Shown here: in pieces, positions 47,790-48,193 of the stretch
Numbering within the stretch: position 1 is the stretch's first letter
Layout of the letters: each line of letters starts with the position of its first letter
From: Bacteroidia bacterium
GTDB lineage: Bacteria > Bacteroidota > Bacteroidia > UBA7662
Length of the DNA stretch: 48,193 nucleotides
NCBI GenBank assembly: GCA_049317645.1
Contig: JBMOHV010000003.1
Location: 1 to 48,193 of the forward strand
Reading direction: 5' to 3'
Notes under the pieces: generated by a model
Database searches by the model: none
What the model saw: the letters and a program-made list of their open reading frames with translations, nothing else
What the model was told of the DNA's origin: nothing
Translations under genes and position numbers: made by a program

Positions 47790-48193
47790 ATGAATACATC
47801 CTTGACAACTCTTTTTGGCTCTCCTAAGAGCGCTACGAATCGCCTTCCCAAGGCCGTATGGGCCTTATTCGTAGGGCTATGTTTCTTTGTAACAGGTTTG
47901 CTTTCTGTTCAGGCACAGACCGTTTTGGTCGATCCAGCCGGTGCTGGTGGCTTCAACTTGGGAACTGACTTTGCCTCCAACGGTTGGACCGTGGCCAACA
48001 GCGCCAACAACCCATGGATTTTGGGCCAGGCCAATACCACGGCCCCTTTTGGAGGGTATTCAGCCTATATCTCTACCGATGGTTCAACGCCCGGTTACTT
48101 GAACACGGCTGCCGCCTCCAATTTCTTTTGGAGGGATATCGTGGTGCCTGCCGGCCAAGAGCGGGTCAATGTTTCCTTTAATTGGCTTTCTGG
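47790..48193 (+). CDS. N-terminus of a secreted protein, truncated by the window end (not in the ORF track)
   Basis: Open from ATG 47790: MNTSLTTLFG...LLSVQA-QTVLVDPAGAGGF...NGWTVAN...SAYISTDG...FWRDIVVPAG. Long signal peptide ending VQA-Q. Confidence 0.8.
   Translation, partial: MNTSLTTLFGSPKSATNRLPKAVWALFVGLCFFVTGLLSVQAQTVLVDPAGAGGFNLGTDFASNGWTVANSANNPWILGQANTTAPFGGYSAYISTDGSTPGYLNTAAASNFFWRDIVVPAGQERVNVSFNWLS

Overview
A gene-dense stretch of core chromosome from a Bacteroidota bacterium. The assignment rests on repeated TAnnTTTG (-7) promoter elements, two T9SS C-terminal-domain proteins, short-form Adk and ObgE, and the typical rsfS-ftsH-LUD-lpxH and coaX-OMP-TPR-lptC-CNNM-ppiD gene orders. 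It holds about 42 CDS (two truncated by the window edges) and one tRNA-Gln(TTG). Most CDS are housekeeping genes: metG 3' end, trmB, pdxJ, iscA, mce, kbl, obgE, adk, gcvP, murB, rlmB, ahcY, tkt, prfA, ftsH, birA, coaX and uvrA. I see no transposase, integrase, prophage, CRISPR array or rRNA. The best candidates for undescribed biology are: (1) a PlcP-like phosphoesterase translationally coupled to an MJ1255/VC2487-type glycosyltransferase, flanked by a divergent acyltransferase and a pseudo-receiver/AraC regulator, possibly a membrane lipid remodelling module; (2) a DUF2723/TMEM260-like membrane glycosyltransferase, a candidate protein O-glycosylation initiator; (3) a tandem pair of paralogous T9SS surface proteins; (4) a 19-bp tandem repeat merged with a long hairpin behind ahcY; (5) several apparent pseudo-enzymes. 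All family calls come from recognising motifs by eye; no database search was run.
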